Assembly (NCBI GenBank): GCA_951406725.2
Contig: OX597818.1
Coordinates: 39,122,001-39,186,000, forward strand
Direction: 5' to 3'
Length of the DNA stretch: 64,000 nucleotides
From: Octopus vulgaris
Taxonomy: Eukaryota
Both the position numbers and the translations under genes were made by a program. Under the pieces are notes generated by a model. It ran no database searches, was not told the DNA's origin, and worked only from the letters and a program-made list of their open reading frames with translations. Positions 1 through 64,000 of this stretch are shown piece after piece (positions within the stretch are counted from its first letter, which is position 1; the number at the start of each line of letters is the position of its first letter).

Positions 1-138
1 GCAGTTTTGCAAAGAAAGAAGAAGTACCAGGTTTAAAAATAAGTACTGGGGTTGACTTGTTTGACTAAACCCTTCAAGGCAGCATCCCAGCATAGATGCA
101 GTCCAAAGACTAAAACAAGTAAAAAGCTAAAAGACATT

Positions 139-567
139 CTCTTTTACTTGTTTCAGTCATTTGACTGTGGCCATGCTGGAGCACAGCCTTTAGTCGAGCA
201 AATCGATGCCAGGACTTATTCTTTGTAAGCCTAGTACTTATTCTATCGGTCTCTTTTTGCCGAACTGCTAAGTTACGGGGATGTAAACACACCAGCATCG
301 GTTGTCAAGTGATGTTGGGGGGACAAACGCAGACACACAAACATACACACACACACACACACACACACAGACACACACACATATATATATATATACATAC
401 ATATATGCGATGGGATTCTTTCAGTTTCCGTCTACCAAATCCACTCACAAAACTTTGGTCGGCCTGAGGGTATAGCAGAAGACACTTGCCCAAGGTGCCA
501 CGCAGTGGGATTGAACCCAGAACTATGTTGTTGGTAAGCAAGCTACTTACCACACAGCCACTCCTGC
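139..567 (-). mobile_element. tRNA-headed SINE family A (internal TA/CA microsatellite)
   Basis: Reverse complement of the copies at 6277 and 46966; head GGAGTGGCTGTGTGGTAAG...GGTTCAATCCC; AAAAGAGT-type tail. Confidence 0.85.
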
Positions 568-701
568 TATAATAACTGCTATATTTATGACTTCTAAGTC
601 ATGATGATGATTTTAGAATGTTAGTTTTGTCTTATTTTGAAAGTGAAACGCTTTATAACATTACAATTTAGATAACTGTCTTAAACAATTTTATATTTCA
701 G

Positions 702-62004
<61,303 letters not shown>

Positions 62005-64000
62005 GTAAGTCTTGATGTCTAATTTATTTTCAAATGTCAGTATAAACACAAGCTTCTAAACACTTAGACAATACCATTGTCAAATTAAAAATGTTTTACA
62101 TGTTTTTTATGTTCTTATCCTCTCTCAACTATATTTCTTTAGTATACAAATACAAAGTTGGAAACTTTAGAAATTCTCCACTTCTAATAATATAATTTCA
62201 GGAGAAAAGGTGGCGAACAGGCAGAATTGTTAGCCCACCAAGTAAAATGATTAGTTATTGTTGTTTGTTCCTTCTTGAGCCATGCCTGGCTCATAAGGGC
62301 CGGTTTTCTGGTTTCCTTGGCGTATAGGTTCCCCACCCGGACGGGACGCCGGTCCGTCGCAGATGAGCTGCAAGATGCAGGAGGAAAGAGTGAGAGAAAG
62401 TTGTGGCGAAAGAGTCAGCAGAAGTTCGCCATTACCTTCTGCCGGAGCCGTGTGGAGCTTAAGTGTTTCGCTCATAAACGCACACACATCACCCGGTCGG
62501 AAATTCGAACCTGTGATCCCTCGACTGTGAGTCCACTGCTCTAACCACTAGGCCATGTGCCTCCACAATATGATTAGTAGCATTTCATCTGTCTTTATGT
62601 CCTGAGTTCAAATGCTGCCAGGGTTGACTATGCTTTTCATCCTTTCGGGGTTGATTAGTTGAATACTGGAGCCATTAAAATCAACTCATCCCTTCTCCTA
62701 AAATTGCTGGCTTTGGGTCAACGTAATTTCAGAGGAAGTACTGGTTGCATCCAATTTAAGGGACATTGAATAATTCTGACTCCTTTCAGATAATGCTAAG
62801 GTTAGTGCAGGAGGGAGAAGTGGATGTTGAGTCATGTGGTGTGTGAACCATAAAGGATTTTTTGAAATCCCAGATATAAATTGTCCTCATCATCATTTAA
62901 CGTCCGCTTTCCATGCTAACATGGGTTGGACGATTTTGACTGAGGGCTGGCGAACCAGATGGCTGCACCAGGCTCCAATCTTGATCTGGCAGAGTTTCTA
63001 CAGCTGGATGCCCTTCCTAATACCAACCACTCTGAGAGTGTAGTGGGTGCTTTTTACATGCCACCAGCACGGGGGCCAGTCAGGCGGTACTGGCAATGAC
63101 CCCGCTCAAATTTTTTTACACATGCCACCGGTACAGGTGCCAGTAAGGCGATGCTGGTAACGATCACGCTCGAATGGTGCTTTTTACGTGCTACAAGCAC
63201 AGAAGCCAGTTAGCTGCTCTGGCAATGATCATTCTCGGATGGTGCTCTTTGCACCCCGCTAGCACGGATGCCAGTCATCAGCGATAAACCATATCAGGGT
63301 ATATTTTAATAGCAATTTGTATGAATCAGTGAATTGGTTTCAAATCAATAAAATCATTAAGACTGCAATCATACTGTTATCTGAGATTAATTAAAACATT
63401 GATCACTATGTAAAAACTTATTCCATTTTGTGAACTCTGTTAATATCTTTTCATGAATATGATGCAGATTCTCAGTAGTTTCCTTGTATTCTAATTCTGT
63501 TCTTTTCTGTGTTTTAATTATGAAACTACAGCTAAAATCATCATCATCATCATCATCATCGCTTAATGTCCGTTTTCCATGCTAGCATGGGTTAGACTGT
63601 TTGACCGGGGTCTGGGAAGCCAGGAGGCTGCACTAGGTTCCAGTCTGATCTGGCAGTGTTTCTACAGCTGGATGCCCTTCCTAACACCAACCACTCCATG
63701 AGTGTAGTGGGTGCTTTTTACGTGCCACCGGCACAGGTGCCAGGGGAGGCTGGCAATGGCCATGATTGGTTGGTGCTTTTTACATGCCACCGGCACGGAA
63801 GCCAGTCAAGGCAGCGCTGGCATCGGCCACATTCAGATGGTGCCTTTTACGTGCCACCAGCATGCACAAATATTCAATACATGTATTGCATATATATATC
63901 TATTTAAACCAACATTAATAGAAGGCCATGTATCATTTCCACATACAAGTTGTCTACAATGTAATGGATAATTTTTTTTCATTGCAAATAACCTTCCTAT

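Overview
This is AT-rich, microsatellite- and SINE-dense animal genomic DNA. The repeat families look like those of an octopus or other coleoid cephalopod; that is inferred, not verified. The whole window lies inside one + strand gene for a very long atypical cadherin. I read 32 GT-AG exons from 702 to 62004. They splice into an uninterrupted 5076-nt (1692-aa) frame with no start, signal peptide, TM segment or stop, equal to about 16 extracellular cadherin (EC) repeats of a larger protein. Every intron is phase 0. Exons alternate strictly between a short type A (123-153 nt; strands C-D-E) and a long type B (174-192 nt; strands F-G, linker, strands A-B of the next repeat). The repeats are non-canonical: DxNDN is replaced by x(R/K)NxxxPxF and DRE is absent in all repeats, while DxD and AxD(xGxP) are mostly kept. 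This predicts single-Ca2+ (site 3 only) linkers. There is also a two-domain higher-order periodicity, and one apparently Ca-free junction has a candidate disulfide staple. The introns carry tRNA-derived SINEs (several with clear TSDs), RTE LINE fragments (one BovB-like), a Helitron helicase fragment, mariner/piggyBac/hAT MITEs, Penelope-like remnants with decayed hammerhead-like motifs, several inverted repeats (one perfect 130-bp pair) and (TA)n tracts up to about 2 kb. Nearly all long ORFs in the supplied track are microsatellite artefacts.
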